The notes beneath the pieces are model-generated. The model had not been told where the DNA came from. It ran no database searches and saw nothing but the letters and a program-made list of their open reading frames with translations. Positions 49,676 to 58,884 of a DNA stretch of 64,000 nucleotides are shown in pieces. The stretch spans positions 48,548,001 through 48,612,000 of the forward strand of contig CM097885.1 of the NCBI GenBank assembly GCA_044892525.1. The letters run 5' to 3'. The stretch comes from Schmidtea polychroa (taxonomy: Eukaryota). The first letter of the stretch is position 1, and each line of letters starts with the position of its first letter. Position numbers and translations under genes: made by a program.

Positions 49676-49931
49676 AGTAGTGTTAGAACTATACACTTGA
49701 GCACACCCACCGCAAAGCGTCCAATTCCAAGCCCCTCAATTATCACACTTTAATATAAAAAAGCTATTGTTTTTTTACATGTTTTAATATTTTTTTAATG
49801 AAAAAACCCAAAACAAAAGCCCTCTGTCTGAGAGCCCTCTGTCCGAGCGCGATGGAAAGGGAAGAGATGAGGGTGCGCTCAAGTGTATAGTTCTAACACT
49901 ACTAGTCTGAATCTGCGCAGTTTGCTAATTT
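49676..49931 (+). repeat. Left terminal inverted repeat
   Basis: Reverse complement of 63308-63563, with about 6 substitutions by manual count. Confidence 0.95.
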
Positions 49932-49943
49932 TATACTATAAAA

Positions 49944-51218
49944 ATGAACAACACAAATCTCAAAATAAAAAAAATATTAAATCTTGATTATGATGAAGAG
50001 CATATGCATGAAATAAAAAAACTTGATATTTTAAAAATCTCACCAACTTCAGGATCTATTGTAAACTTAAATCGTTCAGGTGATATAGTTTTCCAATCCC
50101 TTCAAACCTCAAACCCTATAGATATTTGTAATGCTAAATTATATTACAAAATTGAATTAGAAATTGAAGCAGACAAAAATATAACTCTAGAAAACAATTT
50201 CTTTCCAAATTTATTCTCCAACATGAGATTGAAACTAGGATCATCAGAAATTGAAAGTGTTTTACATCCAGGGGTATATTCTACAATGTTAAATTTTATT
50301 TTAACTAGTTCTATTTATAAAAATGAATATGGAGAATTAACAGGTTGGATTCCTGATGTTAATAAAGGAGATTTAGATAAAGACGGTTTAGATATAAATT
50401 CTGGATACCATAAAAGAGTTGAACTTTATAAATCTAAAAAATTCGAGGGATATTTTGAATTAAAACACTTATTTGGATTCCTTCAAAACTATAACCGTAT
50501 AATTCATAATGTTTTTGTAGAATTAACTTGTAATAGAGTAGAAGATGATAAAACAATATTCTATGGGGACAAGGATACAAAAGCTAAATTAAAATTAAAA
50601 ACACTTGAATTACATATACCTGAATGGACTTTAAATCCTAAATCTGAAATCAAACTGCTTGAAAGATTAAATTCCAACAAATCTATAAATGTAAATTATT
50701 TAAATAGAATCTGTAGTGAATTTAATATGACAGAGGGATCAACATACTCCATAAAGGTAGCAAATTTAGCATACCGACCAAGACATATCTTAATTGGATT
50801 TAAAGAAACAGATTCATCATTCCAAAAGAATAACAACTTGTTTATTCAAAAGATTGGAGATGATAATTTAAAATCAATACAAGTTCAATTAAATAGTACT
50901 TATTATCCAATAAATAAAATGGAATTTAATATTGAAAATAATGAAAACATATTCCCATATCTAAATTATATTGAAACATGTTGGGATTTTAAAGTTGAAG
51001 CACAATTAAGTTTAGAAGATTTCAAAAATTTATATTCTATATTTTGTATAAATCTTTCACACCAAGACTTTCGTCTAGCCGTAAATAATGTTGATGTTAC
51101 ACTTCATATAACAAAGGATTCTAATTTTAAAGCTAAAGTATATACATTAATATTAGAAGAAAAGAAAATAGAAATGAAATTATGTGGAGGAAAGATTTCA
51201 ATAATTGAAAATGTATGA
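49944..51218 (+). CDS. Major capsid protein (double jelly-roll, hexon-like)
   Basis: 424 aa; LENNFFPNLFSN..L..G..EIE, LKHLFGF.....I, PRHILIGF, VQLNSTYYP and YSIFCINLS motifs of Polinton MCPs; genomic context. Confidence 0.85.
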   Translation: MNNTNLKIKKILNLDYDEEHMHEIKKLDILKISPTSGSIVNLNRSGDIVFQSLQTSNPIDICNAKLYYKIELEIEADKNITLENNFFPNLFSNMRLKLGSSEIESVLHPGVYSTMLNFILTSSIYKNEYGELTGWIPDVNKGDLDKDGLDINSGYHKRVELYKSKKFEGYFELKHLFGFLQNYNRIIHNVFVELTCNRVEDDKTIFYGDKDTKAKLKLKTLELHIPEWTLNPKSEIKLLERLNSNKSINVNYLNRICSEFNMTEGSTYSIKVANLAYRPRHILIGFKETDSSFQKNNNLFIQKIGDDNLKSIQVQLNSTYYPINKMEFNIENNENIFPYLNYIETCWDFKVEAQLSLEDFKNLYSIFCINLSHQDFRLAVNNVDVTLHITKDSNFKAKVYTLILEEKKIEMKLCGGKISIIENV

Positions 51219-51253
51219 GGTGATGCACAAAATTAAAAATATCTCTATATAAA

Positions 51254-52581
51254 ATGTCTCTAAATAAATCCTATTGGAGATGTGAAATTTGTAATTGTCA
51301 AGTTAGAAAACATCATAAAGCAAGTCATGTTAAAACTAAAAAACAACATCTTCAATATTGAAACCCTTTACAACTGAAAAATATCCAGGTGAAAGACATT
51401 TATTCCATCACAATTTTACTGGACCTGGAACACGTCTAGACCTTAGATTAGATGAAAATAATAATCCCAAACCTGGAGAAGAACCTGTTAATAGAATTGA
51501 TCAAGCAGCTTTGAAATATGATATTGCTTACAATTCTGAAGACCTTAGGGACCGACACCTTGCGGATGTAAACTTAATACATGATTTAAATAATATTGAA
51601 AATCCATCAATCCAGGAAAAAGCCCAAAGAGCTCTAGTTAAATTAGCAATGAAAGGTAAGATTTTTATGGGTGCTGGACTTCCTAGAATAGCAAAAGATG
51701 TTGCTAACAAAAAGGTTATTGAACAAGCAGAGATTGAGAATCAACTCTTTGATTCTACAAATTTAAAAACCCCAACAGAATCACAAAAAAAATATGCCAA
51801 TGAATTACACCATGAATTTAGAAAAAATAAAAAATATTTAAAAGTTCAAGTACATGAAAAAGATCAAACATGGTCTGCTGATTTAGTCTTTATGCCAACC
51901 AAATCATCAGACCCTGAAAAATATAAAATAATTTTAACAGTAATAGATTTATATACAAGATTTGCTTTTGCAAGATGTTTAGAAAATAAAACAGGATATT
52001 CTATTACAGAAGCATTTGAAAATATATTTGAACAACATCAAAGAATTCCAAAATATTTATGGTGTGATAAAGGAACAGAATTTTACAACAAAGTTTTTAC
52101 AAAGTTTTTAAATGAAAATGATATTAAATTATATTCAACAGAAAACGAAGGAAAAGCAGTTGTAGTTGAAAGATTAAATAGAACATTAAAAAATAAAATG
52201 TGGAAATATTTTACTGCTATCGGAAAACAAAAATGGAACAATGAATTGTTACAAAAGATTGTAAATGAATATAATAATGATGTACATAGTTCTATAAAAT
52301 CAACACCTTTAAATGCTTCCTTGAATCCTTTAAAACTTATAAATCCTGAAACCACTAAAGTGGTAAATGAAAAACCAAAGTTTAAAATTGGTGATCGAGT
52401 AAGAATATTTAAATATAAAAATAAATTTGAAAAAGGATTCACAGCAAAATGGACAAATGAAATTTTTATTATAAATAAAATATATTATACAATTCCAATA
52501 ACATATGGTATCATTGATTTAAATAATGAAAAAATATTAGGTAGATTTTATAATAATGAACTACAGAGATCAAGCTTTTAA
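51254..52581 (+). CDS. (Zn finger)-PLA2-like domain-retroviral-type integrase fusion; frameshift near 51340-51357
   Basis: ATG 51254 gives CEIC..H..H, one frame off ORF 51358. Parvovirus-like PLA2 NFTGPGT...PVNRIDQAALKYDIAY; intact DDE triad (WSADL, WCDKGTEF, VVERLNRTLK); C-terminal KFKIGDRVRI..W..EIF domain. Confidence 0.9.
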
Positions 52582-53387
52582 AATAAACATTTCCATATTT
52601 CACCTTCTTCTCTATCCAAATAAATATAATTATATTTTTCTTTCCAATGATTATCTACAAACATATCAAACATTTGCTTATCAGGTTCAACATTTGAAAA
52701 TAAATCACTATAAATCATATTCTTATCACGCTTTTCTAATTTAAAAAATATAAAACAATTGGAATTATTTCTTATCGAGTTTTTATCTAAAGCATAATAG
52801 GTTTGAGAAATATAAATAACATTACAATTATTATGTCGACCTCGTGTAAAGTAACTCTTTTGAATCTCTTGGTTTTTCATATTAACAACATCATCGAATA
52901 TAACTAGATTCTTTTTATCTTTAGGAAGTAAATCACAATGCAAAACATCTTCGGATTTATTAGAGAATAAAACTTGAATCCCAGAATGGACTGTTCCAGA
53001 ATATTCAGAGATGTAATCATTTTTATTATCAATATCAGATTCTAAAATCTTTTCCTTGTACCAATCGACCATATCACAAGGTTGAAAAACCTCGTCAGGA
53101 CATCTATGTTGATTTTTAAAAATATCGATTATAGCTTTTTTAGTTAATTTATTTTCAAATACACATTTCAAAAGTTGTAACTCTGGTTGGTTTATGGTTG
53201 TAGAGTAAAAGATTAAATTATTATAATCTAAAAACCCATCTTCTAGCAATATTCTCAAAAGAAGTACATTCTTTCCACATCCTGAAGACCCAACGATTAA
53301 TAATCTAAAATTATCAGGAAATACTTTATTATTAAATTTACTCTTGTGCCGAGTTAAAATCGGATTCCAAGTATCCGGAAGCTCCAT
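52578..53387 (-). CDS. A32/FtsK-like DNA packaging ATPase
   Basis: Walker A GSSGCGKN, Walker B LVIFDD, FTRGRHNN, ISQ, IRNN. Confidence 0.92.
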   Translation of the reverse strand: MELPDTWNPILTRHKSKFNNKVFPDNFRLLIVGSSGCGKNVLLLRILLEDGFLDYNNLIFYSTTINQPELQLLKCVFENKLTKKAIIDIFKNQHRCPDEVFQPCDMVDWYKEKILESDIDNKNDYISEYSGTVHSGIQVLFSNKSEDVLHCDLLPKDKKNLVIFDDVVNMKNQEIQKSYFTRGRHNNCNVIYISQTYYALDKNSIRNNSNCFIFFKLEKRDKNMIYSDLFSNVEPDKQMFDMFVDNHWKEKYNYIYLDREEGEIWKCLF

Positions 53388-53403
53388 TTTTTATTATTAT
53401 AAA

Positions 53404-54027
53404 ATGACAACTGAAGAATCTTTAAAGGAATTAATAAATTCAAACAAGAGTAAATCAGTAGTGATTAATGGTAAGAAATACTTTATTGGAAAACATGTAA
53501 AGGAACAGGTTAAGAAGGCGCAAGCTAAGAAACAGAAGACTGGAGGTATTCTTCCCCTAATATCTTTAATACCTGCAATCATTGCTGGTTTATCAGGCGC
53601 AGCTGGCCTAGCTGGAGGAATTGCAACTACGGTTCAAAAAGCTAAAGAATCTCAAAAGACAGACTTGGAAAAAGAAAAACTTCAAACTGAAATAGATTCA
53701 ATGAAGAAGGGGACTGAGTCCGAGGGTAAAGGCCTCTATCTTAATCCTTATGAGGGTAGAGGTTTATATCTCAATCCTTATAAAGCTCGAGGCTTAAATG
53801 ATTTTTTAAAAAATCAAATTTTAAAAGATAAATCTTTATCATCAAAAGATAAAGATGATATAAAAAAAATGTGTAAGTCTTTGAAGAAAGGATGTCTTTG
53901 TAAAATCAGAGGAACTCCTCATAAAAAGGGTAAGGGTTTATATTTACAAGCTGTTGAGTCTGAAGAAGAAGAAGAAGAAGAAGAGTTCGAAGAAGAAGAG
54001 TCCGAAGGTCAAATGTCCGAAGGTTAA
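53404..54027 (+). CDS. Putative virion core / membrane-lytic precursor (adenovirus pX/pVI-like)
   Basis: KTGG|ILPLISLIPAIIAGLSGAAGLAGG hydrophobic peptide after a GG site; repeated G(K/R)GLYL(NPY) motifs as candidate protease sites; acidic tail. True start is probably ATG 53404. Confidence 0.7.
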   Translation: MTTEESLKELINSNKSKSVVINGKKYFIGKHVKEQVKKAQAKKQKTGGILPLISLIPAIIAGLSGAAGLAGGIATTVQKAKESQKTDLEKEKLQTEIDSMKKGTESEGKGLYLNPYEGRGLYLNPYKARGLNDFLKNQILKDKSLSSKDKDDIKKMCKSLKKGCLCKIRGTPHKKGKGLYLQAVESEEEEEEEEFEEEESEGQMSEG

Positions 54028-54051
54028 AAATGGTAAATTGATGGTATAAAA

Positions 54052-54915
54052 ATGGTATTCGAAGAAAGATTGACACTTTTAAAAAAATTACAATCAGAAC
54101 AAGATAACTATAATATAAAAGATACGACTCAACACTCTCAATCTTTAGCATTAAATACTGCAATGACTCAACAACAACAACCGATAATTAAAGCCATAGA
54201 AGCTATCACCGAAGGTCCAAGGACTAGACAGAGTCTCTCGACTAAAGCTATAGAGAGTCCAAGGACTAAAGCATTGAAGTGGTCACCCACTACTGAAGGA
54301 AGGATTCAAGGAAAACGTAGAAAACTCTCAGGTGTAGAAGAAGAAATACTTTCAAATACAAAACCTCTTAAAGTTGATCCTAAAATTAGAGAGGGTTTAT
54401 CTGATTCAATTAAACCTATATTTAATATTACTCCTGAAGGATATCAGATTATAACAATTAATAAACAAAACTTTACTTTATATACAAACTCTGAAAATAA
54501 AAATTATATTCATTCTCAAAATGTTTATAATAATGAATATTTAGACTTCGAATTTACAGATGATTTTTATAGATTAATTTGTGGATATCCTTCAGATGAT
54601 GTTGAAGAAATAAAAAAATATTTAAATTTTATAAAATTAATAAAAGGTAGTCCAAAAGCAAAACATATTCAAGATTTAAATAATTATATAAATAAAAATG
54701 AAAGGAATTATGTTGTTACAGAGCCGAAGGAGGGACAGGGGCAGCAAGCAGAGGGCCTAGATCCAATCTCTAAGTTTATAGAATTGAGAAAACTATTAGC
54801 TGCTAAAAAAGCAGGACATAATAATTTAAATTCTGATATTTTAAAGATTTCAAAAGATTTGTTAAAACAAGGAATGCTTTCAAAACGTAAATTTAAAAAG
54901 TATACGAAGTTATAA
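54052..54915 (+). CDS. Conserved Polinton protein of unknown function (putative core protein)
   Basis: 287 aa; C-terminal LRKLLAAKKAGHNNL..DI..I...L...GML resembles a motif common in Maverick core-type ORFs; N-terminal QPIIKAI. Confidence 0.65.
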   Translation: MVFEERLTLLKKLQSEQDNYNIKDTTQHSQSLALNTAMTQQQQPIIKAIEAITEGPRTRQSLSTKAIESPRTKALKWSPTTEGRIQGKRRKLSGVEEEILSNTKPLKVDPKIREGLSDSIKPIFNITPEGYQIITINKQNFTLYTNSENKNYIHSQNVYNNEYLDFEFTDDFYRLICGYPSDDVEEIKKYLNFIKLIKGSPKAKHIQDLNNYINKNERNYVVTEPKEGQGQQAEGLDPISKFIELRKLLAAKKAGHNNLNSDILKISKDLLKQGMLSKRKFKKYTKL

Positions 54916-54923
54916 ATAATAAA

Positions 54924-55385
54924 ATGACTTCTCCGAGTATATTGGATTTTTTAAAAACATTTGGAATAAATACAAAAACAAATTTTGATTTAAAAGATTA
55001 TGCAGATTATTTAAATTTAAAAATAAAAATATTAATGAATGATGAATGTCCCCACGGAGGAACTAAAAAGACTAATATAATAATAAATTATCAAAATTCA
55101 AATCAAAAAGGATCTCATTGGGTTTGTATATACAGGGATGAAGTCCCACTGGACAAAGTCCCACTATACTTTGATTCTTTTGGGATTAAACCCACTAAAG
55201 AAGTAGAAGACTATCTCTCGAAGAGTTCATACACCTTTAATTCCTTACAAGTTCAACCTGATAATACTGAAATATGTGGGGTTTTAAGTTTATATGTTTT
55301 GTATAGATTGAATACCTCTAAGGGGACTTCATCTTTTAAATCTATAATCCATGAAATTTATAATGATTTAAAACCTCTACTATAA
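54924..55385 (+). CDS. Adenain-like cysteine protease
   Basis: GSHWV (His), YFDSFG (Asp), Q......CG (Cys) in adenain order. Confidence 0.92.
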   Translation: MTSPSILDFLKTFGINTKTNFDLKDYADYLNLKIKILMNDECPHGGTKKTNIIINYQNSNQKGSHWVCIYRDEVPLDKVPLYFDSFGIKPTKEVEDYLSKSSYTFNSLQVQPDNTEICGVLSLYVLYRLNTSKGTSSFKSIIHEIYNDLKPLL

Positions 55386-55386
55386 A

Positions 55387-56133
55387 ATGGAAGGTAATTT
55401 AAAAAATATGGTAAATATTATGTCGAGTAAGTATTCAAGAAGTTTATTAATAAATTCAAAACAATCGGATTTTACTATAAACTTTGAAGATTCAATAAAT
55501 TTAGATCAAGATTAAAAATATGAACTAGGACTCTTGTGGTTTTCATGTTTTAATACTATTTTTAATATAAATACCGATAATAATAAATTTGAAATAATGA
55601 CGAGGATTGATCCGAATCCCAAAATTATAACAATCGAACCAGGATCATATGAAATAATAGAATTGGCTAAAGTAATTCTAAAAGAAACAGATGGAGCTAT
55701 AGAAATAAAAGTAGATGTTCAAACTTCAAAATGTATTGCAACTTTGAAAAATATTCAACTTCAGATTACTGCTTCTTGTTTCCTTCATACTATTTTAGGT
55801 TTTGAAGCCAGAGTACATCGAGAACTAACAACAAGAAATATTAAATCTAAAAATATTATACAAATAACAAATATAAATTCTATAAATATAGAGTGTGATT
55901 GTATAATGGGATCATACAATAACGGTAAACATGCAAATATTTTATATTCCTTTCCATCTAATACTGTTCGAGTTGGGTATAAAATTATTGAAAGAATGAA
56001 TCCCCCAAATTATTTACCTTTATGTCGAAAAAACCTAATGGATATTCATTTTAAAATTGTTGATGAAAATGGGAAGCTAATTGACTTTAACGGAGAAAGG
56101 ATTGCAATGTATTTACATTTGAAACAAGTCTAG
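55387..56133 (+). pseudogene. Minor capsid protein (penton, single jelly-roll) with premature stop at 55513-55515
   Basis: ATG 55387 is in frame with ORF 55534. F...I.L...YELGL, PGSYEI, INIECDCI.GSY.NG, GYKIIE..P.YLP, DENG.LIDFNGE. Confidence 0.85.
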
Positions 56134-56151
56134 ATTATTATTACTATAAAA

Positions 56152-57114
56152 ATGAGTTGTAATAAATTTGGATTATACAATGATGAACTAAAAGATGAAG
56201 ATGTTATAACCCTTACAGAAAAGAGATTTGTAAATGAAAAAGGAGATTCAATGAAGGAGGATTTAAATTTAAACACTCACAAGATAAAAGATTTAGGCAC
56301 TCCGATTGATGATTTTGATGCAACTAATAAAAAATATGTAGATGAAAATCTTAAAAATTATACTGATTTAAAAACAACAATAAGATTACTTGAGCCTCTT
56401 AATAATATCAAACAACGATTAAATGAAGAAACTCAAAGGTTAACTGATACAATATCAATGTTAAAAAATGAAAGACTTGAGCATAAACAACTTATGGATG
56501 GTAGAATTAATACAATATATAATATAATAAATGAGATGATTGCATCATTTAATGCAAGACTTGTTAAATTAGAGTCTCATACAACACATGTTGATAAATC
56601 ACACACTATTAGAAAAAGAGCTGCTGAATTAGAAAAGAATAAAACTTCATTGCCCCATACATATAATCATTTTATAGAACCAACTTCAATAACAACAAGT
56701 AGTAAAGAATGGGCTTGTTTTATGGTTGTAAAGATTATTGATCCTTATTTCTTTTTATTTAATGATGATGGTGAAACAATGAAATGGTTTGTGAAATGTG
56801 ATTATAATAGTAAGTTTGAAAAGGGTGAAGTTATATTAACTGGTTATGATTTACCACATGGACATTGGCATGATAATACTGATTCACATAAAACACATAA
56901 AGTTAAAAGTAAGAATATTATTTTTAAAAGCACACTTGTAAGTTATATAGATTTAATATTTTATGAAAAAAAGGTTGATGTTGATCAAGTTTGTAAAGCG
57001 TTGATAGAATTGTATAAAGACATTCTCTCAAAAAGAGCTTCTTATAATATGCGAGCGTTGGTACCAGATAATAGCTCCGCCCTGAAGGATAAAGTCTTAT
57101 TTTTTAAGTATTAA
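56152..57114 (+). CDS. Putative fiber/spike protein
   Basis: Follows the penton; LNLNTHKIKDLGTPIDDFDATNKKYVD (fiber/tail-fiber-type DAxNKxYVD motif), then a coiled coil and a C-terminal globular region. Confidence 0.6.
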   Translation: MSCNKFGLYNDELKDEDVITLTEKRFVNEKGDSMKEDLNLNTHKIKDLGTPIDDFDATNKKYVDENLKNYTDLKTTIRLLEPLNNIKQRLNEETQRLTDTISMLKNERLEHKQLMDGRINTIYNIINEMIASFNARLVKLESHTTHVDKSHTIRKRAAELEKNKTSLPHTYNHFIEPTSITTSSKEWACFMVVKIIDPYFFLFNDDGETMKWFVKCDYNSKFEKGEVILTGYDLPHGHWHDNTDSHKTHKVKSKNIIFKSTLVSYIDLIFYEKKVDVDQVCKALIELYKDILSKRASYNMRALVPDNSSALKDKVLFFKY

Positions 57115-57115
57115 A

Positions 57116-57622
57116 ATGGAAACAACACAAAGCCCAGAGGGACTTCGTCCAGAATGGCCTGTATATCCAGTATTGACCCCGAAGCCGTCTGCTCCTACAG
57201 AACTTGAAGTCATGAGAGTAAAAGAATTTAAATCAGAGACTTTACATTTAAAGGACTTGCTCCGTCATTATAAAAAAAATAAAAAAAGATGGAATAATGG
57301 GAATAAAGCTTTAAAGATTATAGGTTACTCCTTGGGATTTACATCTGCAATACTTACAATTGTTTTGCCTATAACACTACCGGCTATTACTCTTGCACCC
57401 ATAATCCTTGGAAGTATTTCTGTTGCAGATTCTTTCTTGACTGAAATAGTTTCTTTATCCTATACTTCAAAAAAGAAAAGCTTATTTCGTGAAGTTTGTC
57501 TGGCAATAGACTTGGGGATATCTAAATTATTTTTATTTCAGACGAAAGCCATGGAGGATGGAATTCTTACAGATGAGGAAATAATGAAATCAAATCAAAT
57601 AATCCAAGATATTAAAAAATGA
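57116..57622 (+). CDS. Two-TM membrane protein with N-terminal YPxL and PSAP motifs (probably extends to 57707 across an A-run frameshift)
   Basis: VYPVLTPKPSAP, basic helix, hydrophobic hairpin IIGYSLGFTSAILTIVLPITLPAITLAPIILGSI. Confidence 0.75.
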   Translation: METTQSPEGLRPEWPVYPVLTPKPSAPTELEVMRVKEFKSETLHLKDLLRHYKKNKKRWNNGNKALKIIGYSLGFTSAILTIVLPITLPAITLAPIILGSISVADSFLTEIVSLSYTSKKKSLFREVCLAIDLGISKLFLFQTKAMEDGILTDEEIMKSNQIIQDIKK

Positions 57623-57727
57623 GGTTATAAAATTGAAATCTTCAAGTGCCAAGACTGATAAATATTCTAACAAGGAATACCGAGAGAAATGGTTGAAGAC
57701 CCAATAGATGTAATTTTTAATTTAAAA

Positions 57728-58000
57728 ATGAATTCAAGATTGAATGATTTTAGAAGTTTATCACTAGAGGATAAAATTAGAATAGGTGAAAAGTGTTACA
57801 TCTTTTATCTTGTAAGAACTATGACGAAGTCTCCGACAGACGAAGTCTTTCAGACTAGACGAAGTCTCTCGACTATGACGAAGGATCTTTTAAATAAAAT
57901 AACTAAATTTAAATCTTTAAGCATACAAGACCAAATTGGAAGAGGAGAATATTATTTTGCCTTATTCCCTCAACTACACAAAGTCTCTCGACTATTTTAA
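57728..58000 (+). CDS. Small hypothetical protein with two similar halves
   Basis: FRSLSLEDKIRIGEKCY versus FKSLSIQDQIGRGEYY; AAAAATG start at 57728. Confidence 0.5.
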   Translation: MNSRLNDFRSLSLEDKIRIGEKCYIFYLVRTMTKSPTDEVFQTRRSLSTMTKDLLNKITKFKSLSIQDQIGRGEYYFALFPQLHKVSRLF

Positions 58001-58010
58001 TTTTTTAAAA

Positions 58011-58454
58011 ATGGATGGCTTTATAAAAAAAATTGAGCAGCTTTCAATGATTGACCCTTTAATTTTAAACAAGATTCAACAAAAAGAGAAGGCTTTTGAA
58101 TTTGCAAGATTAAAGAGTGAAAACCCTACTTTTTCTCAGACTCAAATTTGTAAAATGATTGGTACTTCAGATTCTACAATGAGAAGAATTAGAAAGGATT
58201 TAGGAATTGATTCTCCCTATAGACATACAGGCAAAAAGAAAAAGATTAAAGAGAACAAAGGTGTTTATTGTAAGGATTGTTCAAGTACAGTACTTGATAA
58301 AAACCATCAATGCGTCAAGTCTAAAAAGTATAAAAGGAAAGATCCTTTAGCCTCTGGAACAGTCCATTCCGGGCCAGAAGGAGAAGTCTCTACGACCTTC
58401 GGGACAGATGTTGAAGATATTTTAGATACAACATTTAAACTCTTTAAAAAATGA
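58011..58454 (+). CDS. Helix-turn-helix DNA-binding protein with CxxC..HxC motif
   Basis: ENPTFSQTQICKMIGTSDSTMRRIRKDL fits an HTH; basic stretch; start ATG 58011. Confidence 0.7.
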   Translation: MDGFIKKIEQLSMIDPLILNKIQQKEKAFEFARLKSENPTFSQTQICKMIGTSDSTMRRIRKDLGIDSPYRHTGKKKKIKENKGVYCKDCSSTVLDKNHQCVKSKKYKRKDPLASGTVHSGPEGEVSTTFGTDVEDILDTTFKLFKK

Positions 58455-58750
58455 ACGGAGTTCCTCATGAACGTGTTTTAAACCTGATAAAAAGCAATCC
58501 CATTATTAAAAAGGAATCGAGTATTGCATTAAAAGAATATAATGAGAAATCCACAGAGGATAAAGCCCTGCAAGCCGCACAACTTGCTATTCGGGAGCCT
58601 GTACTCCTCTGGATTATAAACGATTTGGAGATTGAAAGAGATCGGTTGAAATATGAGTTGATGAGGGTTCATAAAGAGATTAAAACCAGAAAGACTTTAG
58701 CCAAGGCAAGCCGAGAGAAAATAAAAGAGAAAATAGAAAAGATGTTATAA
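58451..58750 (+). CDS. Hypothetical coiled-coil protein
   Basis: 99 aa; ATGA overlap with the upstream stop; charged heptad pattern. Confidence 0.6.
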   Translation: MNGVPHERVLNLIKSNPIIKKESSIALKEYNEKSTEDKALQAAQLAIREPVLLWIINDLEIERDRLKYELMRVHKEIKTRKTLAKASREKIKEKIEKML

Positions 58751-58883
58751 CTATAAAAGTAAAAATTTTTATTATTGAAACAGATGGTTTGTTTTTTAAA
58801 ACCTTGATGATATCAATCAGTACTTTATCATTCGTCAAAGACTTTAAGTTTTCAAAAATTGATTTTAAGGGTACTTCAGTCAT
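58680..58883 (-). CDS. Possible small membrane protein
   Basis: Starts 1 nt after the pPolB stop with the element's TATAAAATG motif; hydrophobic C-terminal half; overlaps the 3' end of the convergent ORF. Confidence 0.4.
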   Translation of the reverse strand: MTEVPLKSIFENLKSLTNDKVLIDIIKVLKNKPSVSIIKIFTFIVITSFLFSLLFSLGLPWLKSFWF

Positions 58884-58884
58884 T

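Noticed and set aside
45171..49753. Many ORFs of the type MPSSTYF..QHQPFLNINLFST
   Set aside because: Translation artefacts of a G-poor 17-bp repeat with non-ATG starts; the same applies to 63493-63843.
53344..53403. Upstream extensions of ORFs 53344, 57689 and 57936 in the ORF track
   Set aside because: They overlap neighbouring genes; downstream ATGs with the shared A-rich motif (53404, 57728, 58011) are better starts.
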